Positions 9,101-17,850 of a stretch of DNA of 64,000 bases are shown in pieces (within the stretch, counting starts at the first letter, position 1; every line of letters starts with the position of its first letter). The notes under the pieces were generated by a model that was not told the origin of the DNA, ran no database searches, and was given only the letters and a program-made list of their open reading frames with translations. The position numbers and the translations under genes were made by a program. Origin of the DNA: an uncultured delta proteobacterium (lineage in GTDB: Bacteria; Bdellovibrionota; FAC87; UBA2466); contig CAVZSV010000001.1 of the NCBI GenBank assembly GCA_963778115.1, forward strand, positions 32,001-96,000. The letters are read 5' to 3'.

Positions 9101-10673
9101 TAACCGTTCCCAAAAATGTGCCGTCGTTTTCTAGAACAACACGATAGTCTCCCATTTCCGGAATCGCTCCGCCGGAAGTAAGGGCCGCGATTCGGGCTCC
9201 CGACTTAACGCTGATTCTTTCGTGGATTCTATCCCACATTAAATAGGCGTAACGGCGTCGACCGGGCGCATAACCTTCGGCGGCCATCTCCACCACTTTC
9301 ATAAAAACTTCTCGAGTCAAATCGCGAAATGGCCACGCCTGGGAAAACAGTTGGAAGGCCTCGTCAACGGGAATTCCCGCTTCCAGTTCCCTCCCCGCAC
9401 ACTCGGCGATGATTTGCTGAACCAAGATGTCTACTGGAGCAACAGGTATTTCGATCCGATCGAGATTTCCTTCACGAACTGCTTTGATTAGCGCAAAAGA
9501 CTCGACGAGTTCATCACGACTCAGCGGAACGAGGCGCCCCTTGGGAGTGGCTTTAATGGCATGACCGGAGCGGCCTATCCGCTGCAAGAAAGTAGCTATA
9601 GAAAACGGAACTCCCAATTGGCAAACGAGATCGATGTATCCGATATCAATTCCTAACTCCAGGGAAGCTGTTGCGACGATCGCCCTAAGTTTTCCCTCCT
9701 TAAGTAGCGTTTCCGCGTCCAATCGTCGATTCTTTGACAGACTTCCATGATGGCAGAGAACCGCATCTTCACCCAAAACCTCAGCCAGGCGAAACGCGAC
9801 ACGCTCGGCCAGGCGACGAGTATTCACGAACAATAGCGTACTTCGATGATTTCTTATTTGCTCCGCAAGAAGTTGATAGATCTCTTCCCACTGCTCGTGG
9901 CTGGTGAGTGTACTTAAGGGACTTGCCGGCACGATAAGATTGAGATCTAAATCCCGCTTATGCCCTACGTCTATAATTTTGCAGGGATTGGATTTCCTCT
10001 TTGTTCCACTCTTGGGATCCACGCCTACCAAGAAATTTGCGATCTCTTCCACAGGCTTTTGGGTTGCCGATAACCCGATCAGGGTCGGAGGCTTTTTGGT
10101 AATAGCTTTTAGCCTCTGCAGACTGAGCGTCATGTGCGAACCGCGCTTATCACGCGCCAGCGCGTGGATTTCGTCCACAATGACGGTCTCCACCGTTCTA
10201 AGGGCATGACGCCCTTTTTCACTGGTCAGCATGAGATAAAGAGATTCAGGAGTCGTTACTAAAATATGGGGAGGCGATTTAGAAATCTTTTGGCGTTGGT
10301 ATGAGGGCGTATCGCCCGTACGAACCTGGGCCCTAATTTCTGGAATCTTGATCCACTTTTTTACGAGCTCTTTTTGAATCTCGGCGAGCGGGGTTTCCAA
10401 GTTCTTTTTGATGTCACTAGCCAAAGCCTTCAGCGGGGATAAATAGAGAACTTTGCACTCTTGCGCCAAACCGCCCTTGATGGCTTCCTGCACGAGGCTA
10501 TCAATGCAAACTAAAAAAGCAGCTAAAGTCTTACCAGAACCGGTGGGGGCAGCTATTAAAACATTTTCTTTCCTCGCTATGCAAGGCCACCCCAAGCGCT
10601 GGGGTTCGGTAGGCATACCAAACCGGGCGGTAAACCATCGCGAAATAACGGGATGAAACAGGTCGAGCGGCAT
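6177..10673 (-). CDS. lhr: Lhr-family ATP-dependent DEXH-box helicase (long form)
   Basis: APTGSGKT, DEIH, LSAT, ATASLELGIDIG and QRIGRSGH motifs; winged-helix region; C-terminal 'RYGVVFR..LEARGEVRGGRF..GEQFA..SADPLNL'; 1498 aa. Confidence 0.92.
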   Translation of the reverse strand: MPLDLFHPVISRWFTARFGMPTEPQRLGWPCIARKENVLIAAPTGSGKTLAAFLVCIDSLVQEAIKGGLAQECKVLYLSPLKALASDIKKNLETPLAEIQKELVKKWIKIPEIRAQVRTGDTPSYQRQKISKSPPHILVTTPESLYLMLTSEKGRHALRTVETVIVDEIHALARDKRGSHMTLSLQRLKAITKKPPTLIGLSATQKPVEEIANFLVGVDPKSGTKRKSNPCKIIDVGHKRDLDLNLIVPASPLSTLTSHEQWEEIYQLLAEQIRNHRSTLLFVNTRRLAERVAFRLAEVLGEDAVLCHHGSLSKNRRLDAETLLKEGKLRAIVATASLELGIDIGYIDLVCQLGVPFSIATFLQRIGRSGHAIKATPKGRLVPLSRDELVESFALIKAVREGNLDRIEIPVAPVDILVQQIIAECAGRELEAGIPVDEAFQLFSQAWPFRDLTREVFMKVVEMAAEGYAPGRRRYAYLMWDRIHERISVKSGARIAALTSGGAIPEMGDYRVVLENDGTFLGTVNEDFAIESLAGDIFVLGTHSWKIKWVRGGEVVVEDAQGQPPSIPFWLGEAPGRTKEFSEAVSSLRKEIGDNLSEENLAEGKTLTLETIEQLKKMPTTPFDTAKEWLRSKTGLDKAGENWPLLQAVHYIAAEKAALGVVPSREKVVFERFFDDVGGMHLVIHSSYGARMNRGWGLALRKRFCRQFDFELQASADDDGIVLSLGPQQAFALESFFKMLNEGNIEHFLTQALLQAPMFAARWRWNITRSLAVLRQIKGKRTPPALQRFRSEDLLTAVFPAQTACPENGAANGVVDIALPDHPLVTQTVHDCLTEAMDITGLKSLFRDIDNGKVKLIAKDTREPSPFAYQLVNSFPFAYLDDAPAEDRRTRSISMRPAISVQDLQDLARMDPGAIEQVKDEAWPDPRTADELYETLVVTPAFPVSRLCSLNEFTKALIDEKRAAYAKVKIGQHTLKFLVAAESVPLLKAAYEAIQFSQPTPVPNASATLIPRDRACQEILKGWLDISGPAEESELVELFGIDNVENHLAAAEAKGEILRCKLNPQNTVYSHWCSRGLLRRIHRLTVENLRERIRPVATEDYFEYLFEAHGLNLGSADQVQQETYDAEALLRVVETLQGFESPALSWERELFPGRLASYDPSWLDQLTSHGLVAFGRLTSKKARLRALGRSQKVTSAMPLSFVLRGDWNWIALADVETADPRVLSADADSVWSALKSGGAQFVDELEDRTRLLQTQVEAALGELAAEGLVTCDHFHALRNIISPSKSEKTRASRGLPRRFQKRSLVGSLGGRWSVLKKAENDFLRREETVEKWAWQLMVRYGVVFRDLLQRESLAPSWGDLVRALRKLEARGEVRGGRFILGVSGEQFALTETFEKLIKIREERAQGKRHGSYAVISSADPLNLIGIVTKGPKIASGAKTRILFEEGSVSAVFEGNEIRAQREISEERLRALRLIGTYRGQPPVVSLRTKRGLGDTSPV

Positions 10674-10774
10674 GGCTAGACCATATCCGATTTGGGGAGC
10701 TCTGAAGCAATATTTTTGTGCGCTTCAGGGCTGCAAAGAAATGGGCCCCTAGAAACGCTGCGGCACATTTGCCA

Positions 10775-11269
10775 TTACGGGGGGGTAACGCCAAAGCTAT
10801 GAGTAAGCTCGACTTTTTTGCCTTTGAAGGCATCGAAAATTTCTCGGTGAGCGAACACAGAGAATTCGTCTTTTCGAATGAGGTAATCTCTTACCCAGGC
10901 TACTAACATTTCAAGGTTAGCATCCTGTGCTTGCTTGGAAGGATATTTGTAGGGTTCCCAGGGGCGGGATCGACAATGGGTGACACAGGCTTCAATACCG
11001 GGATTGAGAAAGATCATTTCGGTGCAATAGGGCGTTACCAGGCGCAAAAGATCGGCGTAACAACCCTCGATGACCCAGTCGGAATGGGCTACGACAAATC
11101 TTTCGATTTCGGGTTTGCTCCGGTCGATAGGTCTGCGTGAAGGGGGAATGACGGGGAGCCACGCCAACGTATCCAGATCGAGATGTTTGAGCTTTTGCTG
11201 CTGAGAAAGCCGCTTTGCCAAGGTCGACTTGCCTGCTCCTGAATTTCCAAATATCAAGACTCGCTTCAT
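10775..11269 (-). CDS. Adenylate-kinase-related P-loop protein (FlaR/shikimate-kinase-like)
   Basis: GNSGAGKST Walker A; 'HLDLD', 'WVIEGCY', 'RPWEP.KY.SK..QD.NL'. Confidence 0.8.
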   Translation of the reverse strand: MKRVLIFGNSGAGKSTLAKRLSQQQKLKHLDLDTLAWLPVIPPSRRPIDRSKPEIERFVVAHSDWVIEGCYADLLRLVTPYCTEMIFLNPGIEACVTHCRSRPWEPYKYPSKQAQDANLEMLVAWVRDYLIRKDEFSVFAHREIFDAFKGKKVELTHSFGVTPP

Positions 11270-11343
11270 GCTTAATCCCTACGGAGTCGCTTTACCCATT
11301 TCCACGCCCTTTAGGACAGGGTATCGTAGTGGGTAATCATTAT

Positions 11344-11532
11344 ATGGCAACTACTCAAACAATGTGGGTTCTGCAATGGGACCGGTACACGGAAATAGCC
11401 AAGAGCCAGAATGCGCCTCCCGAATTTTGGACGGAGTACCAGAAGATTACGCTTCCCACGGACGGGCAGATCACTGAACTTGAGATCCAAAAGCTTAAAG
11501 GCTTAATGGCCCGCTTTAAACTGACGCTTTAA
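11344..11532 (+). CDS. Small hypothetical protein
   Basis: ATG 11344 (MATTQTMWVLQWDRY...) fills the gap between two minus-strand genes; protein-like composition. Confidence 0.45.
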   Translation: MATTQTMWVLQWDRYTEIAKSQNAPPEFWTEYQKITLPTDGQITELEIQKLKGLMARFKLTL

Positions 11533-11535
11533 GTT

Positions 11536-12630
11536 CTAACTCGCGGCACAATATCCAGATCCCACTTGGGGAGCCCAGACCTTAGTCCCGGTAGTGCATG
11601 AGAGTGGAGGAGTTGGGCTATAACTGGCGCAATTTGACGAAGTGTAGGTTCCATTGATCTGAAGGCTTAGCTCGGCACACTGAGCCCCACTAGGATCGTT
11701 CCAAAACTCACCGGCAAACGTGTTCGTTCCCGCTTGAAGGATACTGCTTAAATCGACGGAAGCTCCGTTGCAGCTAGCACCGTAACTCTGGGTATGATCG
11801 TTTAAAATCGAAGTGCCATTCAACGTAATAATAGCACCACTGTCATCGACGCAATAACCGCTGAGGGTAGCCGAAATATTGGACGCATCCGACGGTAAAA
11901 TCAACTGGGTTTGGGTGATGTTCAAGTAACCTGTTCCCGGATAGCTACAATTCCAAAAAAGATTCATGTTATAGATTTGACACGTCTGCGGAGGGGAAGG
12001 GGCGGTGTAAGTCGCTAAGGGCAATACGTCGCTTACCACGACACTACGAATCTTATTTTGCGTGACACTGTTCCAAGTCACGCCCACCGTAACTAAGTAG
12101 GTTTCATTCGTTCCCAAGGAAAACGTAGGCGTTATCGTTTGCCCGCAATAAGAAGTATCAACTTGCAGCGTAGTCATATCGACCACCTGCGCTTGATAAA
12201 ACCGGTTGGGAAGATTTTGTCCCGGCCCCGTGGCGGTAGCGATTTCACGGTAAGGCGGCAATAAAGTAGAAGACCCGCTTGTGATAGGGGCCGAAACAAT
12301 ATCCGCCAAGGGATCGCGATTAAGAATGTTTCCGGAAGTACTCGTATCGGCGATATTGATCTGGGCGCAAAGTGGATAAGCGCCAAGCGAGGAATTCACG
12401 GGATTCGTTATCAAATGGGCTTCAAATCCCGTTGGCGTTTCCGAACGAAAAAGTTCCAGTAGCTCAGACGCATAAGCGTCCGCCACGACGGTTTCCAAAT
12501 CTTGAGTGGCCACACTTGAAGTAGCTTTAGTTAAAGTCGCAACGCTGTATAAGACGATTCCCGCGGCCACGGTGGCAGCGATCGCCGCTAGAATCTCTGT
12601 ACTGCCTTTAGAGAAACGGCGCATAGTCAT
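11536..12630 (-). CDS. Minor pilin/pseudopilin-like protein (PilV-like) with Cys-rich beta C-terminal domain
   Basis: Basic leader, then G|STEILAAIAATVAAGIVL hydrophobic helix; 'VTVGVTW' strand typical of PilV-type pilins; start overlaps the upstream pilin stop by 1 nt. Confidence 0.6.
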   Translation of the reverse strand: MTMRRFSKGSTEILAAIAATVAAGIVLYSVATLTKATSSVATQDLETVVADAYASELLELFRSETPTGFEAHLITNPVNSSLGAYPLCAQINIADTSTSGNILNRDPLADIVSAPITSGSSTLLPPYREIATATGPGQNLPNRFYQAQVVDMTTLQVDTSYCGQTITPTFSLGTNETYLVTVGVTWNSVTQNKIRSVVVSDVLPLATYTAPSPPQTCQIYNMNLFWNCSYPGTGYLNITQTQLILPSDASNISATLSGYCVDDSGAIITLNGTSILNDHTQSYGASCNGASVDLSSILQAGTNTFAGEFWNDPSGAQCAELSLQINGTYTSSNCASYSPTPPLSCTTGTKVWAPQVGSGYCAAS

Positions 12631-13388
12631 TAACCTCCAAATTGGTACTTAATCGGCGGACCACCGGGCGCAGATCGGATCCAGAAATCACCCTGCAATG
12701 AAATGTAATGGGGCGTTTTCAGGTTGGTCGAAGAAAACGAGCTAAGAAAAAACCTTACAAAATATCCATTCGGGGTCGGTACCGTGGGGGAATTGGCGTT
12801 GAGATCCGCCGTATGAATCGTGGCAATATTGCGGTTCCCCGGGTTGGCCGAGTTATTCGCCGAAGTATTCGTTTCAATGGGACAAGAAGTCGTGTGGTCG
12901 TCGCAAATAACAAAACCTGAATTTCCAGAGGGATCGGAGATGTTCGGATAGACCAATTGGGGTGTTCCACTAGGGCTCAAGCTAGGAATGGTCGACGTGG
13001 TAGTTTGGATAAAATAATTTACCACGGGAGTTGACTTACCCGTGACGGGATCGGTTCCTACATCCGCCACCCAATCGACTTGATATAAGTTAGCACCGGT
13101 AGGAGGAAGTCCTTTATCCACGACACAACGAAGATCCGTCTTAGTGGCGGGAGTGCCAGTGGTCGTCGCTATACATGCTGTCGCCGCGTGTCCGACCTGC
13201 TCAATCGAATTATATAAATTTAGCAGCATACCTTCGGAGTTGGTGGTGTCTACGGAGGATCCACTCCCCTGCAAAATGAGGCTAACTCCGGTAACAAGGG
13301 CGTACGTAGTCAAAAGACCCACTGTCAAGCCGACAGACAGTTCCAATAGGGACACCCCACGCTTGGATCGGAGAATGTAAAGCCGCAT
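12630..13388 (-). CDS. Prepilin-type N-terminal cleavage/methylation protein (PilW-like minor pilin)
   Basis: Class III signal 'RSKRG|VSLLELSVGLTVGLL' with E at +5. Confidence 0.8.
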   Translation of the reverse strand: MRLYILRSKRGVSLLELSVGLTVGLLTTYALVTGVSLILQGSGSSVDTTNSEGMLLNLYNSIEQVGHAATACIATTTGTPATKTDLRCVVDKGLPPTGANLYQVDWVADVGTDPVTGKSTPVVNYFIQTTTSTIPSLSPSGTPQLVYPNISDPSGNSGFVICDDHTTSCPIETNTSANNSANPGNRNIATIHTADLNANSPTVPTPNGYFVRFFLSSFSSTNLKTPHYISLQGDFWIRSAPGGPPIKYQFGG

Positions 13389-13419
13389 ACCGTGCCTTTA
13401 TAATTTCAGGGGGAGATTC

Positions 13420-13428
13420 TGCTATAAT
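13420..13428 (+). promoter_or_regulatory. Extended -10 sigma70-type promoter
   Basis: Perfect TGnTATAAT (TGCTATAAT) about 21 nt upstream of ATG 13450, inside the 61-bp divergent spacer. Confidence 0.55.
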
Positions 13429-13449
13429 GGTATCGTTAAACCCAAAACA

Positions 13450-14958
13450 ATGAAAATCCTAAATCGCATAGGCCAGATATCATTGCCTTTAATGATAAGT
13501 CTGGGGGCGATTTTGCTCGCCGCAACGACAGCCATTTTTACCAACTCTGCCCAGCGTTCGAAGAGCAAAGTGGCCGCCACTAATTTTATGGAAGGTTATT
13601 ACGCCAGTGAGATAGCGGCACAATATGCGTATGCCAAAGTAACCATTGGAGGATCGGTCCAAAATAATTCCGCGGTACCTCTTGTGAATTCGTATTCGGT
13701 TACGCAAGGAGCTCAATCTACCTACAACCCGACTTCCTACACGACAGGAACTCCTCTGCCGCTCGCGTCTACTTCAGGCTTGGATCCCCTTAACGCCATA
13801 GTGCGCCGGCTGGCTAGTAACGAACTTACGGTCCAAATTCCGACGAACGAATCTGGGGTCTACTGTGGTCAGATGACGTTTCCCCCCAATTCAGTAACTC
13901 AAAACTGTATTTCCCTTCCGCCCCCGTCCCCTCCCCCTACGTTACCGGTGCCTGGTGCGTGCACTCAAAGTCAAATCGTCACGGGAACCAAAACTATCAC
14001 GTCGACAACGCGATCCGTATATAAGGGGATGCCGATGTGTCGTGACAGCCAAGCCCCCTGGTGCGTGGGCTGGTATCAAGATCAGGTCACGCCTACCTCA
14101 TCGCCCATCACGGTGATGTCATCACCTTCGCTTCAGGCCGGATGGAAAATATCAACGAGTAATTTAGGAGGAGGTTTTCTACAATGGAGAGCTTCTCCGC
14201 TGACCTCTCTCTCTATCCCGTGTGCTGATAATATAGATCCCATTCAGCCGAATATTACCTCTATCCTTCAGTTCACCGACAACTCCGGAAATCCGGTGCC
14301 CATCGTCTTCCCCAACCCCCTGCCCGCGGGATTGCGTAAAACCACCTATGGGGATGCGGTATCAGTGTATGACCTGACGCAAAATTACGTTACGGTTCCC
14401 TCGGGGGTGGCTCAACTTAACGGCGGATTCACCGACGACTATTTCGGAGACAATTTCGGCCAGTGCACTTTCGTCCTAACGGAAAGCCCTCCTTCCCCTT
14501 GTCCCGATCCCCAGCGATCAACGACGATGCATATCATCGATGACAGCGGAGCGACTTATGTCGGGACTTGGACGGTCGCGAGCGGGGTTGCTGGTGCTTT
14601 TGGGAATAGCTACCACTACATCGCGGCCAGCAGTGGGGCCACCGCGACTTATACTTTTACTGGTCTTTCTCCCGGAAATTACCAAATCCTAGCTACCTGG
14701 TCGCCGCCGCCCCCGCCGGTGGCCGTTCCCACGGCATCTGACGACGTTCCTTACACGGTTTACGACGGAACGAGCACTACGCCCCTTGGTACTTTTGCCG
14801 TCAATCAATCCATTGCTCCCATTTCTTACACGGGTTCGAATAACTTTCAGGTCTTAGGAAACGTTAGTACGACCACCTCAAAAATCGTCATTACCATCAG
14901 TAACCAAGCCGACGCCGGAAGCGTCATAGCGGATGCCGTCGCCCTTACCTTCCCGTAG
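13450..14958 (+). CDS. PilX-like pilin with Pro-rich linkers and C-terminal golvesin/Xly-CBD-like domain
   Basis: 'NRIG|QISLPLMISLGAILL' (no E+5) and 'YYASE.A' are PilX-like. C-terminal 'IIDD..GTW..ATATYTF..GNYQI.ATW..VPYTV..VNQ..FQVLG..VIADAV' is golvesin-like. Confidence 0.65.
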   Translation: MKILNRIGQISLPLMISLGAILLAATTAIFTNSAQRSKSKVAATNFMEGYYASEIAAQYAYAKVTIGGSVQNNSAVPLVNSYSVTQGAQSTYNPTSYTTGTPLPLASTSGLDPLNAIVRRLASNELTVQIPTNESGVYCGQMTFPPNSVTQNCISLPPPSPPPTLPVPGACTQSQIVTGTKTITSTTRSVYKGMPMCRDSQAPWCVGWYQDQVTPTSSPITVMSSPSLQAGWKISTSNLGGGFLQWRASPLTSLSIPCADNIDPIQPNITSILQFTDNSGNPVPIVFPNPLPAGLRKTTYGDAVSVYDLTQNYVTVPSGVAQLNGGFTDDYFGDNFGQCTFVLTESPPSPCPDPQRSTTMHIIDDSGATYVGTWTVASGVAGAFGNSYHYIAASSGATATYTFTGLSPGNYQILATWSPPPPPVAVPTASDDVPYTVYDGTSTTPLGTFAVNQSIAPISYTGSNNFQVLGNVSTTTSKIVITISNQADAGSVIADAVALTFP

Positions 14959-15084
14959 CCTTCGCCAGAGCTTGTCCTTTAGAAGCTTAGTCTTAAGGAT
15001 GAAAACTTTAATTTTTTTTACCCTACATGACCGACTTCAGTGAAGTCGGACGATTTTTTCTTGAATACCGGCCATTAAAGAACA

Positions 15085-15480
15085 ATGGCAACCAAGAAAA
15101 AAACAAAAAAACTTTCTCTCAACCATTGTCTTCTCGTCGATGACGATGAGGCATGGTTTAACTTACTAAAGCTATTCGTCGATGCTCCCAAACTGATCTA
15201 TTGTTCAAGTGCAGAAAAAGCGCTTGAGATTTTAAGCAGGGACGGCATTCGACTTGTCATTACGGATACCAACATGCCTGGAATGACAGGAATCGATCTC
15301 ACCCGCGAGATTCGAAAGAATCCCCGGTGGGATAATCTCCCTGTCATCGTACTTTTTAGCGGACTGGTCGATTCTAAGATCACCAAAGAGGAAATTCTTC
15401 AGATGGGAGCGACTCTGGTATTGACGAAAGATGAGTTTCTTCCTCAGATCGCAAAACTTATCACTCAGTTTTCGCGCTAG
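15085..15480 (+). CDS. Single-domain response regulator (CheY-like receiver)
   Basis: 'LLVDDD', 'LVITDTNMPGMTG', 'PVIVLFS', conserved Lys in 'LTK'. Confidence 0.88.
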   Translation: MATKKKTKKLSLNHCLLVDDDEAWFNLLKLFVDAPKLIYCSSAEKALEILSRDGIRLVITDTNMPGMTGIDLTREIRKNPRWDNLPVIVLFSGLVDSKITKEEILQMGATLVLTKDEFLPQIAKLITQFSR

Positions 15481-16555
15481 CCCTCCGAAAAGCGGAGGGA
15501 GCCATTCCGGTTTCTCTCCGGAAGGCCTCGGCGAAGGAAGATTTTGAATTAAATCCGCAGTCCAAAGCGATGTCTAAAATGCTTAAGTGAGCGTATTGCG
15601 GATCTAGGAGGCGACGTTTTGCCTCGAGTATCCGGTAGTGGTTCACAAAAGTATAAAAAGTGCTCTGCAGACCTTGGTTTAGGATCTCTGAGAGTTGATC
15701 CGGGCGCAATCGGAGTCTAGTGGCGAGGGTTGAAAGCTTTAGCGTTGGCTCCAAGTAAGGTTTTTTTTCCTCGAAATATTGGCGAACTCTTTCGGCCTGA
15801 TGGCTCAGTTCTTCAGGCGCAAATCGAGGCACTCTCTGTTTTTCCGAGTCGAAGGACTTGCACTCGGAAAATACTTTGGAATGCTTTAAGGAGAAGTAAG
15901 TTATCGCTCCCAGCATCAAGGTTTGTACCATCGCATGAAATGGATAGAAGGCCTCCACAGGCAGAAAGAGAACCGCAAAAAGTCGACTTGCCCAAAGAAG
16001 GTAGAGCAAAGTCAAAAGCATCCGCAGCCATCCGACCGAAATCTCCGTTTCGCATGAGCGGAGTTCGACAAGTTTTTTCTCATATTCGTAAATGAGATGT
16101 TGGGAGAGATAGAGATAGATTCCGCCCACAATTAGGACGATGAATCGCTTCAGATAAGTCTCGATTCGATAGGCTGCGCTATAGGCGAAAAGCGAGGGAT
16201 CGCCAAAATGAAGCACCGCCAAATACCAAACGGTTCCCAGCCCAACCGGTATGAGGTGAAGCAGATCGCGGCGATTAAGAATTATTTTGGGAGTTATTAG
16301 AAACTTTAGATAGAGAAATGCTATCGAGAGAAAGAGTAGTGTGACGGGAAATGCTAAATTCTCGGTCAGAGGGAAGCGAAAGCCCACTCCGAAAGCCTGC
16401 AAATAATAGAGATGGTTGTGCAACAAAGTCAGAAAAATCAAAAAAGCAAAAATTCGATTCGAAATCCGGTTGTCTTTTTGAAATAGCAAGGCAAGAATGA
16501 AAGTTCCGCCTAAGAAATCGCTAATCGCAAGCGTCGCTGTCCACAACATTTCCAC
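15461..16555 (-). CDS. Membrane-anchored AraC-family transcriptional regulator
   Basis: Multiple N-terminal TM helices. C-terminal 'KPYLEP.L.L..LA..LSEILNQ..FY.FVNHYRI.EAK..SILDIALDCGFNSKSSF..FRR.TG' is an AraC HTH. Confidence 0.9.
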   Translation of the reverse strand: MEMLWTATLAISDFLGGTFILALLFQKDNRISNRIFAFLIFLTLLHNHLYYLQAFGVGFRFPLTENLAFPVTLLFLSIAFLYLKFLITPKIILNRRDLLHLIPVGLGTVWYLAVLHFGDPSLFAYSAAYRIETYLKRFIVLIVGGIYLYLSQHLIYEYEKKLVELRSCETEISVGWLRMLLTLLYLLWASRLFAVLFLPVEAFYPFHAMVQTLMLGAITYFSLKHSKVFSECKSFDSEKQRVPRFAPEELSHQAERVRQYFEEKKPYLEPTLKLSTLATRLRLRPDQLSEILNQGLQSTFYTFVNHYRILEAKRRLLDPQYAHLSILDIALDCGFNSKSSFAEAFRRETGMAPSAFRRASAKTE

Positions 16556-16632
16556 GTGGCGGATTCTAGATTTTCTAAGATGGGGTGTCCACCCCTTCCA
16601 GCGATCAACAGCCGCTGCTCAAAAGCATGGGC

Positions 16633-17064
16633 TCAATGGCTCATCTGGCAAACATAACGATCGAGTTCAATTCCGTCGGTAGAGGTGTCTCCCCCGAATA
16701 ACAGGTAAACATCGCTGATGGACTGATCGGAATTAAAGTAGACAGGAATGGCGAGAATAGAGGGAGCTTCTCCGTCCGGAGGAGTAAAGGATTGGCTCAC
16801 ATCCACTTCGACGGTTCCGTCCAAACTTCCATCCGTTTTTAGACTGCCGACGTAGGTTCCGGCTTTTAGCGTCCCCTGACTACGGACCAGATCTTTGTTG
16901 AGTATCACATTAGCTTTTGAGGAATCGATCGTCGAAGAGATGGTTAGATTAGGATCATCAAGATTGAGTCCCGGCTGGCACTTCCATTGACTGTCCGCCG
17001 CGGCATTTTCGCTCACCGACGTCAAGAATACCATCGACAAAAAAATCGAAATAGGGATACGCAT
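16633..17064 (-). CDS. Secreted hypothetical protein
   Basis: RBS GAGGA, signal peptide, paired N- and C-terminal Cys. Confidence 0.6.
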   Translation of the reverse strand: MRIPISIFLSMVFLTSVSENAAADSQWKCQPGLNLDDPNLTISSTIDSSKANVILNKDLVRSQGTLKAGTYVGSLKTDGSLDGTVEVDVSQSFTPPDGEAPSILAIPVYFNSDQSISDVYLLFGGDTSTDGIELDRYVCQMSH

Positions 17065-17101
17065 ATCTTGTCCTCAGGGAAAAGTTTGCCCTAAGAAACT
17101 A

Positions 17102-17809
17102 TCATGCGCCCCCTATCGCTCTAAAGACTCGCCGTACCAACCGCAAATTATCCTGCTTAACGGTTTCCGGGGAGACACCGGCGTTGAAGGGCTCGACTGG
17201 AATCGGATGGCCTTAGGCCGCTACATTCGCCGCCGGTGATGTATGGCCTTCACGAAACGGTAGCAACGCTGGCTTTTGCTGCCGGACGAAGCCATACGAC
17301 GATTCAAGATGCATTAGCCATTCCCGAAGACGATCCCTACCGCAGAGTGGTCCGGCTGGAAAAGGAGCACAATCCGGATCTCATGGAGACCGCGTCCCTT
17401 TTAGTACTGGTGGCCATGGTAGGTAGGGGCGGGAGGTGAACTCGTTTATAAAAGTGGAAAGCTTGTGCTCGTTACCGCAAAATCCCTCGATTGGCTTTCT
17501 CAGCAAACTCCCAACGATCCTACCGCTGATTTCCCCTTTTGGAAGCGATTCGCCGTAAAAGCCGATGGAGCGCGTAAAACTACCTTTACGTCTCTTTTCG
17601 GTGCCAACATTTTTCTGTATTCCCATCCTGATATCCCTATCGGGCTTGTCGGACATCGAAATGCCGAGATGGGGGATCGTGGTCTTGCGCATTTACAGTC
17701 TCGGGACGACGAGAGAGAAACGCGTCCGCTGCTAGTAATAGAGGGCATGGCGCATCTCAAAGGTTGGGCGCCCCTTCTTGAAGAGCACGGGTTTCAACGC
17801 GTTCTTTAG
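17102..17809 (+). pseudogene. Fragmented gene with TraB/GumN-like C-terminus
   Basis: The 3' part ends 'HRNAEM..PLLVIEGMAHLKGWAPLLEEHGF', resembling the TraB/GumN RN..G.AHL.G motif. Removing one copy of the tandem GTAG near 17419-17426 joins ORFs 17236 and 17465. No clear 5' start. Confidence 0.4.
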
Positions 17810-17850
17810 GAACATTGGACAACTCGGCCAAGCTGTGTCTCAATTTCCCG

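Noticed and set aside
6177..10673. Lhr as part of the LigD system
   Set aside because: It is 7 kb away on the opposite strand with unrelated genes in between, and the metallophosphoesterase/exonuclease partners of Lhr-ligase operons are absent.
15031..15049. Palindrome CCGACTTCA-G-TGAAGTCGG upstream of the response regulator
   Set aside because: Could be a terminator or an operator; single instance, cannot be assigned.
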